This document shows, in pieces, positions 25,453 to 37,800 of a stretch of 64,000 bases of DNA. Made by a program: the position numbers and the translations under genes. The DNA is taken from the NCBI GenBank assembly GCA_043228905.1, contig JBHGNT010000015.1:8928001-8992000 (forward strand), read 5' to 3'. The first letter of the stretch is position 1, and each line of letters begins with the position of its first letter. The notes under the pieces were generated by a model. That model saw only the letters and a program-made list of their open reading frames with translations. It ran no database searches and had not been told where the DNA came from. This DNA comes from Azolla caroliniana. Its lineage: Eukaryota > Plantae > Polypodiophyta.

Positions 25453-26579
25453 TATTTCGAAACACCCAAGTGCCAAAATATGCAAATAAAGCAATAATAC
25501 CACCAATTCCAATATTAAGATATTTGGTATTTTTCGATTCCACACACAGATTTTTCGGCTTGGGAACAAGTGGCAAGTAGAGTTCTCTACTACTTTGCAT
25601 CCTGTGTGAGCGACCAGCTATTGAGCTATATTCCAGATGCTAAGACGCCAAACGACGCGTGGGTGAATCTGAAAAAGATTTTCGCCGCAAGCCCAACGGC
25701 CAGGAAGCTGCAGCTCAGGTAAGAGGTCCACAATGTCCGATAGAAAGATCTATCTGTGGCTGATTACACGGCCCGAATCAAGGAAATCTGTGATTCTCTC
25801 TCCTTCGTCAACGTGAACGTTGAGGAAGATGAAATGGTGCAGGTTTGCCTTGGTGGGCTAGTGTCTAGGTTCGGAGCCTTCCGAACGGCGGTTTGTACGA
25901 GGGAGAATATGCCTTCGTTCATCGAGCTTCAGTCAATGTTGCTCGAGCAGGAAAATCACGCAGGTACGTCGACGAGTACGCATGCTGACGGCAAGATGTT
26001 GTACACGGAGGAAGATAGGCCCCGTGGTCATGGTGGATGAGGCGGATCGGCGCGCAATGGAGGCGGCCGACAAGAGCTGAACAGGCGGCATAATCGAAAT
26101 GCCAACAGTAGTTCCGAACCCTCCACAAGCAGGGGGAGTCATGGCGGCGCCGGAAGCTGGCAATAGAAGGCCGTGTCGGAATGTTGGTATTGTGACAAGA
26201 AAGGCGACAAGGAGAGTGAGTGTTGGAAAAAGAGAGCCGATTCAGACAAAGCCGGATCGAGCCGAAGAGACGCAGAGAGGCGTCAGATATCACACTACGC
26301 AGAAGGCGCTAAACAAGCTGAAAACAAATCGGGCCCAACCTTCGTAATGAAGCATAAGGCCAATTCTATGGTCGTGAACACCTCGAAATCAAGCGAGGTG
26401 TGGTATGTTGATTCTAGAGTGTCAAATCATATGACGAGTCACGAGGAATGGTTCTCATACTTGGAGAAATAGGAATCACAAGGAGTGGTCGAAACAGGAG
26501 AAAACAATCCGCATACCATCGAACATGTAAGCAAAGTTCCCCTCAGCTACGTCGGGTAGAAAGGGAAGCTCATGAACGT

Positions 26580-27123
26580 TGTCGTGAAGAAAACCGTCCA
26601 CAAGTGGAATCGGTGTACTAGAGCGTAGAAACCGACTCTTCATGCACGTGCGCCTTAAGGAAATCCTAGGTAGGTTCGGTAGGTAGGAGAGTAAAGGGAT
26701 CGCGGAGAGTCGAGGACGAAGTGCTGTCGGATTGGGCGCGAAGGTTTCTCTCTCTCTCTCTCTCTGTGCAGGTTTCGGGCGGCTCACGCTGCTCCGAGGA
26801 ATGCCCGAGTGCTTCCGGCAACACCTCCAACCTGTTCCTGTCTTTCTGTGCGTTTACGAACAGGTATCGGCATCTGTCCACCGACCTGTTCGGTTGTAAC
26901 CGACTTCGTGTTTTGTTGTCTTAGTGTTCTTGTTGTTTGTCTTGTCAATACATACATACTTTCGTGTCTTTTGTGTCGCTGTCCCATTCGCGTCCTTGCG
27001 TCGAAGGGCCGTGTCCCTGTGAATCTACGCTCGCACGTAGTGGGTCTCTCTCTCTCTTACTCTTCGATACAGGACTCCCGAGGTCCCGCCTCACTCCACG
27101 CATCCGCGAGGAATACCTCGACA
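26580..27123 (+). repeat. 5' LTR of B1
   Basis: TGTCG...CGACA; direct repeat of 32837-33415. Confidence 0.95.
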
Positions 27124-27127
27124 TATT

Positions 27128-27145
27128 TGGTGAACCCGACGTGAA
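27128..27145 (+). promoter_or_regulatory. primer binding site complementary to tRNA-Trp
   Basis: TGGTGAACCCGACGTGAA, complement of the recalled plant tRNA-Trp 3' end; identical at 63153-63170. Confidence 0.85.
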
Positions 27146-27167
27146 AGAGGCGGCAGAAGAGCAGAGG

Positions 27168-29294
27168 ATGAGGGGGTCGGATCTTGCAGAGGCCATGGCT
27201 TCGGCCGTGGATCGGATATTGAGCACACGCGAGGGCACCGGTGCCCTCGACAGAGCCATTGAGGCGGTCGTCGGTACGATCGGCTGTTTCAGCGGAAAGG
27301 ATGCTACGAAGTATTTGGCGTCCTACGGGGCGGAAATGCTGATGCGGGACATTCCGGAAGAGAGGCGTCTTGCCGGGTTCCCTCGAGTGGCGATGCCGAG
27401 CATCCATGCGGAGGTGCTCGAGGTACGGGCGGAGAGCCGTACCTGGGAGGAGTTCGAAGGCCGACTCCTAGAGAAATATGGGCTGGACGACACGCTCCGG
27501 CTTTCGAAACGGGACTTCATGGAATGGGTGGAGTCCCCCGGCAAAGGAAGAAACGCGTCGGCACTCCTCCGGGAGTTCGAAGAACGCTTTGCGCGCCTTT
27601 CGGCGCTTGACCAAACCATTCTGGATACGAGCCGGGTCCTACTGTTCGTCAAGTCGGTGGACGAACGGGACCGGGATCAAGTCGGCTCCTTGCTGGAAAC
27701 TGAAGACGGGCTGACAACCGACTGGGCTGCGGTTAAGAGAGTCTGTGGCCGTTTTGACAAACGGCGAGAATGGGCTGACAACGGGGCGGCAGGTGCGGGC
27801 TCTGTTACAGCAAGGAGGCTTGAACCGGCACCGCAAGTGCGAAGGGAAGAAACCCGGGAATGGCTCGAGACCGGTCCAGCTTCGACCAGCATGGTCAATG
27901 GCTCGTACGGAGGAGCCGCGCTAGAGGAGTTGACGCGGGCGATAAAGGATCTCCAGATCGCCCAGACTCGAAGGGAAGGCGGCGAACCGGCTCGTGACCG
28001 ACGGCCGGCAGCAGGGAACAGGTGCATGTGGTGCGACGAGGTCGGCCACATTCGGAAGGACTGCGGCGATTTCGCAGAGGCGTTGAGAAACCGGGTGGTG
28101 TCCCTGTGGGAAGGCCGGGTGCACGCTGGCGACACTAGGAGGGCCCTGAGCTGAAACGACGGGCGAGGAGGTATGAAGAGACTGATGGAAGAGGCAGTGG
28201 CCCGACACGTGGAGGCCATCCACTACTCGGCGTCAGCCGGTATTCAGGTCGGGGGTAGCGAGGCCCGAAAGGAAAGTAAAGACGGTTTCTGGTCGGCAAT
28301 GCTGGAAGGCCTCGCCGGCGCGCAGCTGAGGAAAGATGAAACGGACCGCGCTAAGAGGCGGGTCCGGGAAATAACCGGGTGGAGCGATCCGGTCGAGGAG
28401 AAGACGGGCTTCGTAGAAGCCGCTTGCCGAAACTACGAGGCTCTGGTAGAAGAAAAACGAGTGGGGAAAGCCGGAGCGGCCGGGCCCTCACAACGGTACG
28501 AGACCCGATTCGGGCAACGACGGAACGATGCCAGTGGGTCCAGCTCGCAAGATAACCCCAGGAAGGGTGGATACCAACTAGGGACGGAAATTGAAAGGAC
28601 TACGGACCTACGGAAGGTCCTAGAGGAACGGATCCTCGACAGCAAGGTGGAGTTGTCATTACGAGAGGTGCTAGGGATCGCCAAGAAGGAGTTCCACGAC
28701 TCCATTGTAGACTTGGTGAAACGGAAGAGACTGTCGACGGAGACGGAACCGGAAAAACCGGTGGAGGTGCGGACGACGCACATCGACGACTCGGCGCTGA
28801 AAGATGAGTGGGCGGAGAGCCACTATTCGAGGCCACACTGGGCCCGAGCGACCACGGAGACCCCGGTGAAAATCGGAGATGTTCGGGAACCGGTGGTGGC
28901 GTTGGTGGACCACGGTTCGGAAATAAACCTAATGTCCATGGACTTCTATAAGAAGGGGAAGTGGCCGATCAACACCAAGCACGGGTGGAAGATACGGGCG
29001 GCGACGCGCGCCACAGAGGAACTGCATGGGGCCTGCCCGAACGTGCGAGTCAAGATCGACGACGTCGAGATTGACCAGCACTTCTTCGTACAGGAAACGT
29101 CTTCGCACCCGGTCATATTAGGGGAACCATACATCACGGCGGCGCGAATGGAGACCAAGGTGCTGGACAACGGTTCGGCCTACGCGAGGGTCAAAAGCCA
29201 GGACGGGCGCCATTCGGTGCACTTTTTGACGGTGCGGCCGAACCATGAGAGAAACCGCGAGTCCCTCGGTGGCGAGAACCGGGAGGATTTTTAG
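27168..29294 (+). pseudogene. B1 gag-protease ORF with one premature TGA at 28152
   Basis: ORFs 26937-28154 and 28173-29294 share a frame; CMWCDEVGHIRKDC knuckle; PR motifs LVDHGSEINLM and VILG. Confidence 0.88.
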
Positions 29295-29351
29295 AGAGGG
29301 CTGCCAAGGCGTGGGGCCGAGACAGCCCGGACACTCGGAAAAGACCCCACG
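29285..29351 (+). promoter_or_regulatory. putative -1 ribosomal frameshift signal (slippery heptamer plus pseudoknot)
   Basis: G GAT TTT TAG; 6-nt spacer; GGGCTG/CAGCCC and CGTGGGG/CCCCACG stems; the -1 frame is open into RT. Confidence 0.75.
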
Positions 29352-32300
29352 ACTGTACGATAGGTAGGGGATTTTGCTTCTCCGACAACGAAGGGTGTAT
29401 GATGGTCGACATCATTGGCCGAGAAAAGACAAGGGCGGAAGAGCGACTTCGAGCGTGCGGAGTTCTCGGCCCGGACGAGGAAATCAGCGGAGCCGTGGAG
29501 GCGGTCTCCTTCGACGACACCTTAGGGATGCTGAGGAAGGTTGCCGGAGAAGACCTTAACGAAGACCGGACGATACCGGTATGTTCCGAAGAGATGTACG
29601 AAGTCATCGCGGACTTCAGTCGGGGGCTCGGGACGGATCAGACGGCCCGAGTTAGCACAAAGTACAAGATTGTGGACCGGAAGGTAAGGCCAGTCTTGGC
29701 ACCCTTACCGGAGGGCAGCGAGTCCAGGATCAGAGGGGTTGCGTCGGACCCCAGTTTACGAGATCCGGCCTGCATAGGGCACACCTTCACCGACGGGACG
29801 CTCCAGGAGCTCAAAATCGGTGGGGGCGGGTTCCTACTGCCGGCGGAGGAAGACCGGTTTCGGAGGATGCTCGGAAGGCACGGGAAAGCCTTCGCATTCT
29901 CACCGGAAGAGATCGGGTGCGTAGACCCGACGATCGTGGAGCCGATGGTGATATTCACGGTACCGCATGTGCCGTGGAATCTCAAGCCGATTCCGGTACC
30001 GAGAGCTCACATCCCGAAGTTGATGGAGCTATTGAGGCAGAAAGTAGATATGGGCATTCTTGAACCGTCGAGTGCCCCATACTCGAACCGATGGTTTACC
30101 GTACCGAAGAAAAACGAAACGTTGCGCTTCATTCAAGACCTGCAGCCGGTCAACAGAGTGACCATTCGAAACGCAGGAATCGGACCGACCATAGACGAGT
30201 TCGCGGGGGCCTTTGCCGGAAGGTCGATTTACTCGGTCGGTGATCTGTACTCAGGGTACGACCAGTTCCAGCTAGCCGTGGAAAGTAGAGACATTACGAC
30301 GATGCGAACTCCCCTCGGCCTAGTGCGAATGTGTACCCTGCCACAGGGAGGGACCAACTCGGTGGCCCACATGGTGAATGCAATGAACAAGGTACTGAGG
30401 GATTGCATCCGGGACATCACCATGCCGTTTCTAGACGACATCCCTATCAAAGGGTGCCCGGTGGAAGAGAAGGACGAGACACTCGGGCCGGACGGATGCC
30501 GGCTATTCGTTGCAACACACATCAACGACTGCGAGAAGGTGCTACAAAGGCTAGAGGAGGCGAGGCTCACCTTCTCCGGGGAGAAGTCGGCCTTCGGGCA
30601 ATCAGAAATCCTGGTGGTCGGGCATCTATGCGGACCATATGGCCGGAAGCCGTCTCCGGCAAAGGTAGAAGCCATCTCCGCGATGAAGACCGACTGTAGC
30701 TCGGTTACGGAAGTTCGGAGGTTCCTGGGGGCATGCGCATTCTACCACATATGGATCCCACATTACGCCCACGTTGCGGAGCCGCTATACGGGTTGCTGA
30801 AGAAAGGGCGAAAATTCGAGTGGCGAGACGAGCACACGGAGTCGGTCCGGAAGCTGAAAGAAGCTCTTGCGGCAACACCGGCGCTCGTATTTTGAAGGCT
30901 GTCTACGAGAAGGGTACCCCGGTATACATAACGGTGGATACGAGTCCGACCGGGATCGGATGGGTCGTCAACCAAGAAGACGAGGACGGCGTTCGGTTCC
31001 CGATCCGATTCGGCGCGAAGATCCTCAGTGAGCGACAACGAGGGTACGCCCAGGTTAAACGTGAACTCTGGGGTATCGTTTCGGCAGTAAAGGCCGACAA
31101 AGACTACCTGATCGGGGCAGAAGTGATTATCGAGACGGATTGCCTGCCAATTCTCGGCATGGTTTCCGGATGCGCGACACCGGACCTGGCGATAATCAGG
31201 TGGATAGCCTACGTCAAGTCCCTGAACCCGGAAATACGGCACATTTCCGGAAAGGATAACGCCATGGCCGACATGCTTTCGAGGGCAAGGTTTGATGACG
31301 AGGACGGCATGGTTTCGGAGGATGAAGAAGTCGGCGTGGACTTCTTCGAGTCAACGTACGTGACGACCGATGGGACGAGCACTCCGGCACTTAACGACTT
31401 CGACGAGAGCAAGTACGACGGCGAGTGGCTCCAGATCGGTGGATTCTTGAGGACAATGACGCCGGATGCGTCATGGACGAAGGAAGAGTCCAACCGGATC
31501 CGGAAGAAAGCTTACCGATTCTTTCTCCGGGACGGATACCTATGGAAGCACCCGAAGAAGAGGGACGGCGCTCCGCTCCGGGTGGTGGCGATGAAGGAAG
31601 AACAGGAGGAGCTGCTGACGGCCTACCACGACAGCCCTTGGGCCGGACACCGTGGAACCTGGGCCACGTTCGAGAAGATAAAGGGGAAGTACTGGTGGCC
31701 GGGACTGTACCGGGACGTGCATCGGTTCGTGACAACTTGCGAGAGCTGTCAGATGCACTCCATAGTCCGACACCGGGACGAACTTCACCCTACGTACCCT
31801 CCGACCATCCACTTCAAATGGATGGTAGACCTGGTAACGATGCCGATAGGAGTAGGACAGATGCGGTATTTGGTCCTGGCTCGGGAAGATCTAACGAACC
31901 AGGTGGAAGGCCGGGCCCTTCAGAACAAAACGACTGCGGCCGTATGTCGGTTCCTGCTCGAGGACGTAATATGCCGGTACGGGTGCGTCGGAAAGATCGT
32001 GGCTGATCGTGGGGAGTTGGACGCCGAAGAGGCCGAGGAGCTGTTCGACCGGCTAGGAGTCAAGCTCTCGCTTACCACTGCGTACAACCCAGAGGCAAAT
32101 GGAAAGGTGGAGCGCGGACACGGACCGATCGTCAAGGCGTTAGTTCGAGCATGCGGAGGTCAAGTCGGGAACTGGCTGCGGCTACTGCCTTACGCGTTGT
32201 GGGCTGACCGGACTACGCACAGTTCGGTAACCGGATTCATGCCGGCAGAGCTCATGTTTGGGCAGAAGCCGATCATGCCGATCGAACGTACGGTCTCCTC

Positions 32301-32763
32301 ATGGGCAACCGTGGACTGGAGAGACGAGATGAGCCGGGAGGAACTGTTGACGGCGCGCATACGACAGCTCGAGCGGAGACCGGAGGACGTGGAGCAGGCT
32401 GTGGAAAAGCTTCGGGAAGCAAGGATGAGGAACAAAGCCCGGTTCGACCGAACACACCGGCTCCGACCGAAGAAGATCGAGGAAGGCGACTGGGTGCTGG
32501 TCTACGACAGCAGCCTCGACAACCAGCACCGAGCAACGCGGAAGTTCGCAAGGAGGTGGTTCGGGCCTTACGTGGTACAAAGCGCCAACGACAACGGGAC
32601 GTACCATCTGGCGGAACTCGACGGTACGAGAATGATGATACCGGTAGCTGGGAAGTAGATCAAGACGTTCAAGAAGCGTCACGACGACGAGCCGGATCAG
32701 GTTAACTTGGACCGCGACGACGAGCGATCCGAAACCGAGGAAGAACCGACGGGCGGGGAATGA
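29288..32763 (+). pseudogene. B1 RT-RNase H-integrase (frameshift near 30890, stop at 32656)
   Basis: ORFs 29399-30895 and 30733-32658: DLYSGYDQ, PQGGTNS, FLDD, TVDTS, H-H-C-C zinc finger, AREDLT, GPY. Confidence 0.92.
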
Positions 32764-32836
32764 AGGTTGGACCGGTTTTCTCCGTCCCAACACAATTTGG
32801 CGCATGCCGGTGGATGCGCGGTTAGGTGGGGGCGGA

Positions 32837-33415
32837 TGTCGTGAAGAAAACCGTCCACAAGTGGAATCGGTGTACTAGAGCGTAGAAACCGACTCTTCAT
32901 GCACGTGCGCCTTAAGGAAATCCTAGGTAGGTTCGGTAGGTAGGAGAGTGAAGGGATCGCGGAGAGTCGAGGACGAAGTGTTGTCGGATTGGGCGCGAAG
33001 GCTTCTCTCTCTCTCTCTCTCTCTCTCTCTGGTTCACGGACTCCATAGCTTCCTTCTCTGCAGGTTTCGGGAGGCTCGCGCTGCTCCGAGGAATGCCCGA
33101 GTGCTTCCGGCAGCACCTCCAACCTGTTCCTGTCTTTCTGTGCGTTTACGAACAGGTATCGGCATCTGTCCGCCAGCCTGTTCGGTTGTAACCGACTTCG
33201 TGTTTTGTTGTCTTAGTGTTCTTGTTGTTTGTCTTGTCAATACATACATACTTTCGTGTCTTTTGTGTCGCTGTCCCATTCGCGTCCTTGCGTCGAAGGG
33301 CCGTGTCCCTGTGAATCTACGCTCGCACGTAGTGGGTCTCTCTCTCTCTTACTCTTCGGTACAGGACTCCCGAGGTCCCGCCTCACTCCACGCATCCGTG
33401 AGGAATACCTCGACA
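32837..33415 (+). repeat. 3' LTR of B1
   Basis: direct repeat of 26580-27123; preceded by AGGTGGGGGCGGA. Confidence 0.95.
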
Positions 33416-34399
33416 ACGTGTTGCACGTCCCGACAATAACGAAGAACATGGTGTCGGTCGGTCAGATTGTCGACCGGGGAATGTAGGTTTGATTTATACA
33501 TCTCGGCTACTTCATAGAAGAGGAAGGCAAAGTAATCGCGCAAGGGAGCCGTGAAGGGAGGATGTTTATCCTCGAAACCAACAATGTGGGCACCGCTATT
33601 TTTGCGAAAGGGAGAAGGTCGTGTCCAAGATCGACCTGTGGCATAAGCGGTTTGGCCACATAAATTTCCCACGGCTTCGTGAGATGGAGATGAACAACAT
33701 TGTTTTCGGCTTGCCGAAATTCCGGGGCTGTAATGGCCAAGTCGACGAAGCTTGTGAGATGGGAAAACAACACCGACTTCCATTTCCCAATGAGCGTAAT
33801 CGTAGTCGAAGTCCGCTCAATTGGATCCATTCGGATGTGTGGGGACCGCCACAGAACGTGAGGCTCAGTCAAAGCCGTTACTTTGTAATCTTCATCGATG
33901 ACTTCACTTGGCACACGTGGGTATGCACAATCGCGAAGAAGAGCGAAGTCTTCGCATGTTTCCTGAAGGTGAAGAGCCTTGCGAAAAGGGAAACAGGGCA
34001 TAAGATCAAAAGCCTACGGTCCGATAGCAGAAAGGAGTACTTCTCTGACTAGTTCATAAGTTATCTATAGAAGGAGGGAATTCAACGCGAATTTTCGTGT
34101 AGATACACGCCGCAGCAGAATGGTGTGGCAGAGCGGAAGAATCGGACAATCGAAGAAGCGGCTAGAGCAATGCTTGAAGAGAAGCATATGCCGAAATTCT
34201 ATTGGGCTGAAGCCGTGAGGATGGCTATCTACTTGTAGAGTTGGACTTCTGCTAATGGAGGAGTGACGTGACATGAGCTATATTTCGGGAAGAAGCCGAA
34301 CTTGGCACACTTGAAGATTTTCGGTAGCATTGCATATGTGCATGTGCCAAAGGAAAAGAGGAGGAAACTAGATGCCAAAGCCGAAAAGTGCATCTTAAT

Positions 34400-34818
34400 T
34401 GTTACCGGCCGGCAAGGAGTCCAAAATACAGAGTGAAGGAATTAATTAAGTATGGTTGTAAATAAGCATAGTGTGGACGGACGGACTGGAAACGGTATGC
34501 CGTTCCAGATCCGGACGGATCCCGAATAGGTGCGATAGGCACCGTTTTGTACTACGGGCCGGAAACCTATTTAAAGGCCTGGACCCCATTGTAATCGCAG
34601 CGGATAATTAATAGAGCATATGGTGTTTATACTTCTGTGTTGATTTCCGTTCTGTAATTACTGTTATATCTTACGCGTGTAATTAACAAAAGCGCTCTAA
34701 TCGTGTAACCTACGTAAGTCGGTGTAATCGTTGAATCTTAATCCTATGCCGTAATCACCCTTTGGTGAAGTGTCTCCGTGACACCTTGTGTTAGGCCTTG
34801 TCCGGTCAGAGAATAACA
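34400..34818 (+). repeat. 5' LTR of A2
   Basis: TGTTA...TAACA; first ~360 bp repeated at 43908-44269. Confidence 0.93.
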
Positions 34819-34824
34819 CAGTTT

Positions 34825-34834
34825 TGGCGACCAC
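34825..34834 (+). promoter_or_regulatory. primer binding site, tRNA-Arg(UCG) type
   Basis: TGGCGACCAC after the LTR; related sequence in A1 and at 48996-49005. Confidence 0.75.
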
Positions 34835-34871
34835 GATTCCTGCTTTCTCGCAGCGAACGACGGCTTAATGG

Positions 34872-37800
34872 ATGACGAGACCAACGCACGACCTGGTTAC
34901 AGACCGAGCTCGACGCCTCGCCGAACGGCAAAGACGGCGTGAGACTTTCCAGCAAGCAGCGCACGAAATTCGCTCGGATCGTTCGTTCTCCAACGAGATC
35001 CGGAGAGTCGCGGAGGAATCTCTTTGGTTACAGCAAACTCGCGACCAGGACGACGGAAGCAGTCTAAGTAGTCTCCGGGAAACCGAACGCCTCCTCGAGG
35101 CGCTGGCAAACAGAGAAAACGAGGCAGAAGCCTTTTCAGCCTACGAGTCGGATTCCGAAGGGGGATACAGCGTGCACACGAACTACCGGAGCAGCAACGA
35201 TACCCCCGGCGGCCCGGAGGACGACGGGTCGGATACCGTGCCGACTCCAGAACCGGAACCGCTCGACCAGGGCTATCCGGAACCGCAAACGGAAGCCGTC
35301 AACCCACCAACACCGGAAGTGGAAGAAGCAAAGCCACCGACACCAACGAAAGAGCCGGCGATGGTACCGGAAGACGAGCCGGTGAAAGAACCGGAAAAAG
35401 AACCGGAAGAGGAACCGGAAAAAGCACCGGCAAAACAACAGGAAGTGGAACCGGAGAGAAAACCGGAAAGATATCAACAAACGCCACTAAACCGCGGCCT
35501 AATACTGGATGACGACATGCCGTTCCAATACTCAAAGTATTGCGATGATCCGGACGCGGAAGCGCATGTTCATGCCTTCGAGCAGACATGGGAAGCAAAT
35601 CACACGTCCCAGCGAATGACACCGGAGGAAGAAGAACGCTCGAAGATAGCGGAATTCGGGGTCACGTTGGAAGGACCAGCGACACGATGGCGGCGGACGC
35701 AGGACCCGGCGACCATCACAACCTTTGCAGAATTAAAAGCAAAATTCTTGCATTTTTTCCACAAGGAGGTCGACCAGACGACAATGGTGGGCCTGTTTTA
35801 TACGATCCGACAGGAGGCAGGGGAAAGCATTCCCCAATTCGTCATCCGTTTCCAACGAATGCATAGCCAGCTTGCCCGTGCACCCCCGGAGGAGGAATTA
35901 CGGACGATATTTTTAAACGCACTCCGGGAACCGTTACGCACGGTGTGTACGGTAATCGACTTTCGAGGAAGCACCATTGACCAGGTCATTGACCGGGTCA
36001 GAGAAATGGAAAAGTCAAGCTCATGGCTTACACTGGGAGCACTACAACGGGTGTTACCCACAGAAGTAGATCTCTGGTTCCGGCAGGCAATTCAATGCAC
36101 AATCTGCTTGAATGCCGGACACTCGGCAGTGGAGTGCACCATGCGAACTCAGTGTGTGATTTGTCAATCCAAGAGTCATACAACGGACCGGTGCGAGTAT
36201 AACCTGTTAAACCGACAAGCACCACCCGTCCGACGGATCGAGCCAAGAAGCAGTCGAGACGAAGATGAAGATCGTTGGCAAAGAATGAACCGGTACCGAC
36301 CGGCACAGGATGTCCGGTACGGAGACAGACAAGAGAATGATGGCCGGTACAGGGATCGGCATGATAACTACGACCAGTATGAGCGATCGGACCGTTATCG
36401 GGAGTCCAACAGACGACACGAGCAATACGACAGAGACCATTCCCCTGGTTACCGAAGGCACCAGGAGGACTACGGCCGATTTTACGATCCACCACGACAG
36501 GACTACCGAAATAAAAATAAGAATAATAAGAAACGTAATTTCAAGAAAGGTGGTCACACTAGGGACCCGGAACAGGGAACCCCAAGGAGCCAACCGGCAC
36601 AGAACGCACCACTCACTACGGGACCGACTCCGGCTACCAGCAATGCTAAATCCAGCAATACCCGTAAAGAGTACTGCTACTACTGCAAGCAGGAAGGCCA
36701 CTACAGTAACCAGTGCCCGGCAAAGAGCTACGATAAACGACCAGCAGTTAATATGGTGGTTCCGGAAGTGGCGGATTTACAGCAAGTAACCACACGGTCG
36801 AAAGGCATGGCCAAAGAATGGGAAACACCAGAGGCCATACGAAAACAGGCGACGGAATGGGTGAAGGAAGCCAATGAAAGGAACGTCGCGGACGCGGAAC
36901 GGCAAAAGGCGAATACCATAGGGAGTGCCGGCGGTAGCCACGCAGAAAACGAGACATGGCAAGCACTGCAAGAATGTCAGATCACGTTGCCATTAGGAAG
37001 ACTCTTGCAGCTCGTGCCGCGATTTACGGAAGGACTAAAAACGGTCATGACAGACGGTATAGCCCCACCGGCACCAGTCCTCTTCTCGAATCCGGAGGAG
37101 GGACCGACGGTGGTGGACACTAGTAGTCCGGTGATTACAGCTATTGTCAAAGGGCACGAACTTCCCGGCACAGTAATCGATGGAGGTTCTGGGGTGAACG
37201 TAATAAGCCTCCGCACGTGTGATGCCTTGGGTATACATGAATGGGAGCCATGTCCGTTCTGGCTACGGATGGCGGATACGAGCTCTGTACGGCCGACGGG
37301 CTTAATACGGAAATTGGAGGTCACCATAGGAGGTCACACATTTCACATCTCGGCTGTAGTGCTGCAGCTACAGGCGCAAGGCGCGTACCCACTGTTGCTG
37401 GGCAGACCATGGTTGAAAACAGCACACATCAAGCAAAATTGGCGGAAAAATATGATTACCTTCCGGCGCGGAAAAGCCAAGGTCCAGGTACCGACACAAC
37501 CACGGACGAGCAACGGTAAGGAATGCACACCGCTGTATGCGGAATGCGTGAACATGCTTGAAGGGTTGGCAGACGACGAAGAAGCCCAGTACTTGGAGGA
37601 ACACCCGAAGATCGTACCACTCTTCGAGATTGACGTAGCTGAAGCCGTAGCGCCATACTTGCCGCAGCGGGACGAAACCGAAGCCGAACCAGACAAAGAT
37701 TCGATTCGGGAATTACGGCAAGCACAGGAAGCGTTGGAACGGGAAATGGCCGTTTCCCAATGGGTAAAAACATCCCAGCTCGACGAAGTGAACCTAGGAA

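Larger units (their letters stand above)
26580..33415 (+). mobile_element. Ty3/gypsy family B, full-length copy B1 (fungal-type pol)
   Basis: two LTRs, 4-bp TSD ACGT, tRNA-Trp PBS, PPT ~32824-32836. Confidence 0.96.

Noticed and set aside
30880-30900. Second programmed frameshift between B1 RT and RNase H
   Set aside because: No slippery heptamer or clear structure and no second copy to compare; an indel is more likely.
31425-32805. Long alternative-frame and antisense ORFs over B1 pol (and similar ones elsewhere)
   Set aside because: Expected shadows of GC-rich coding sequence; no recognisable motifs.
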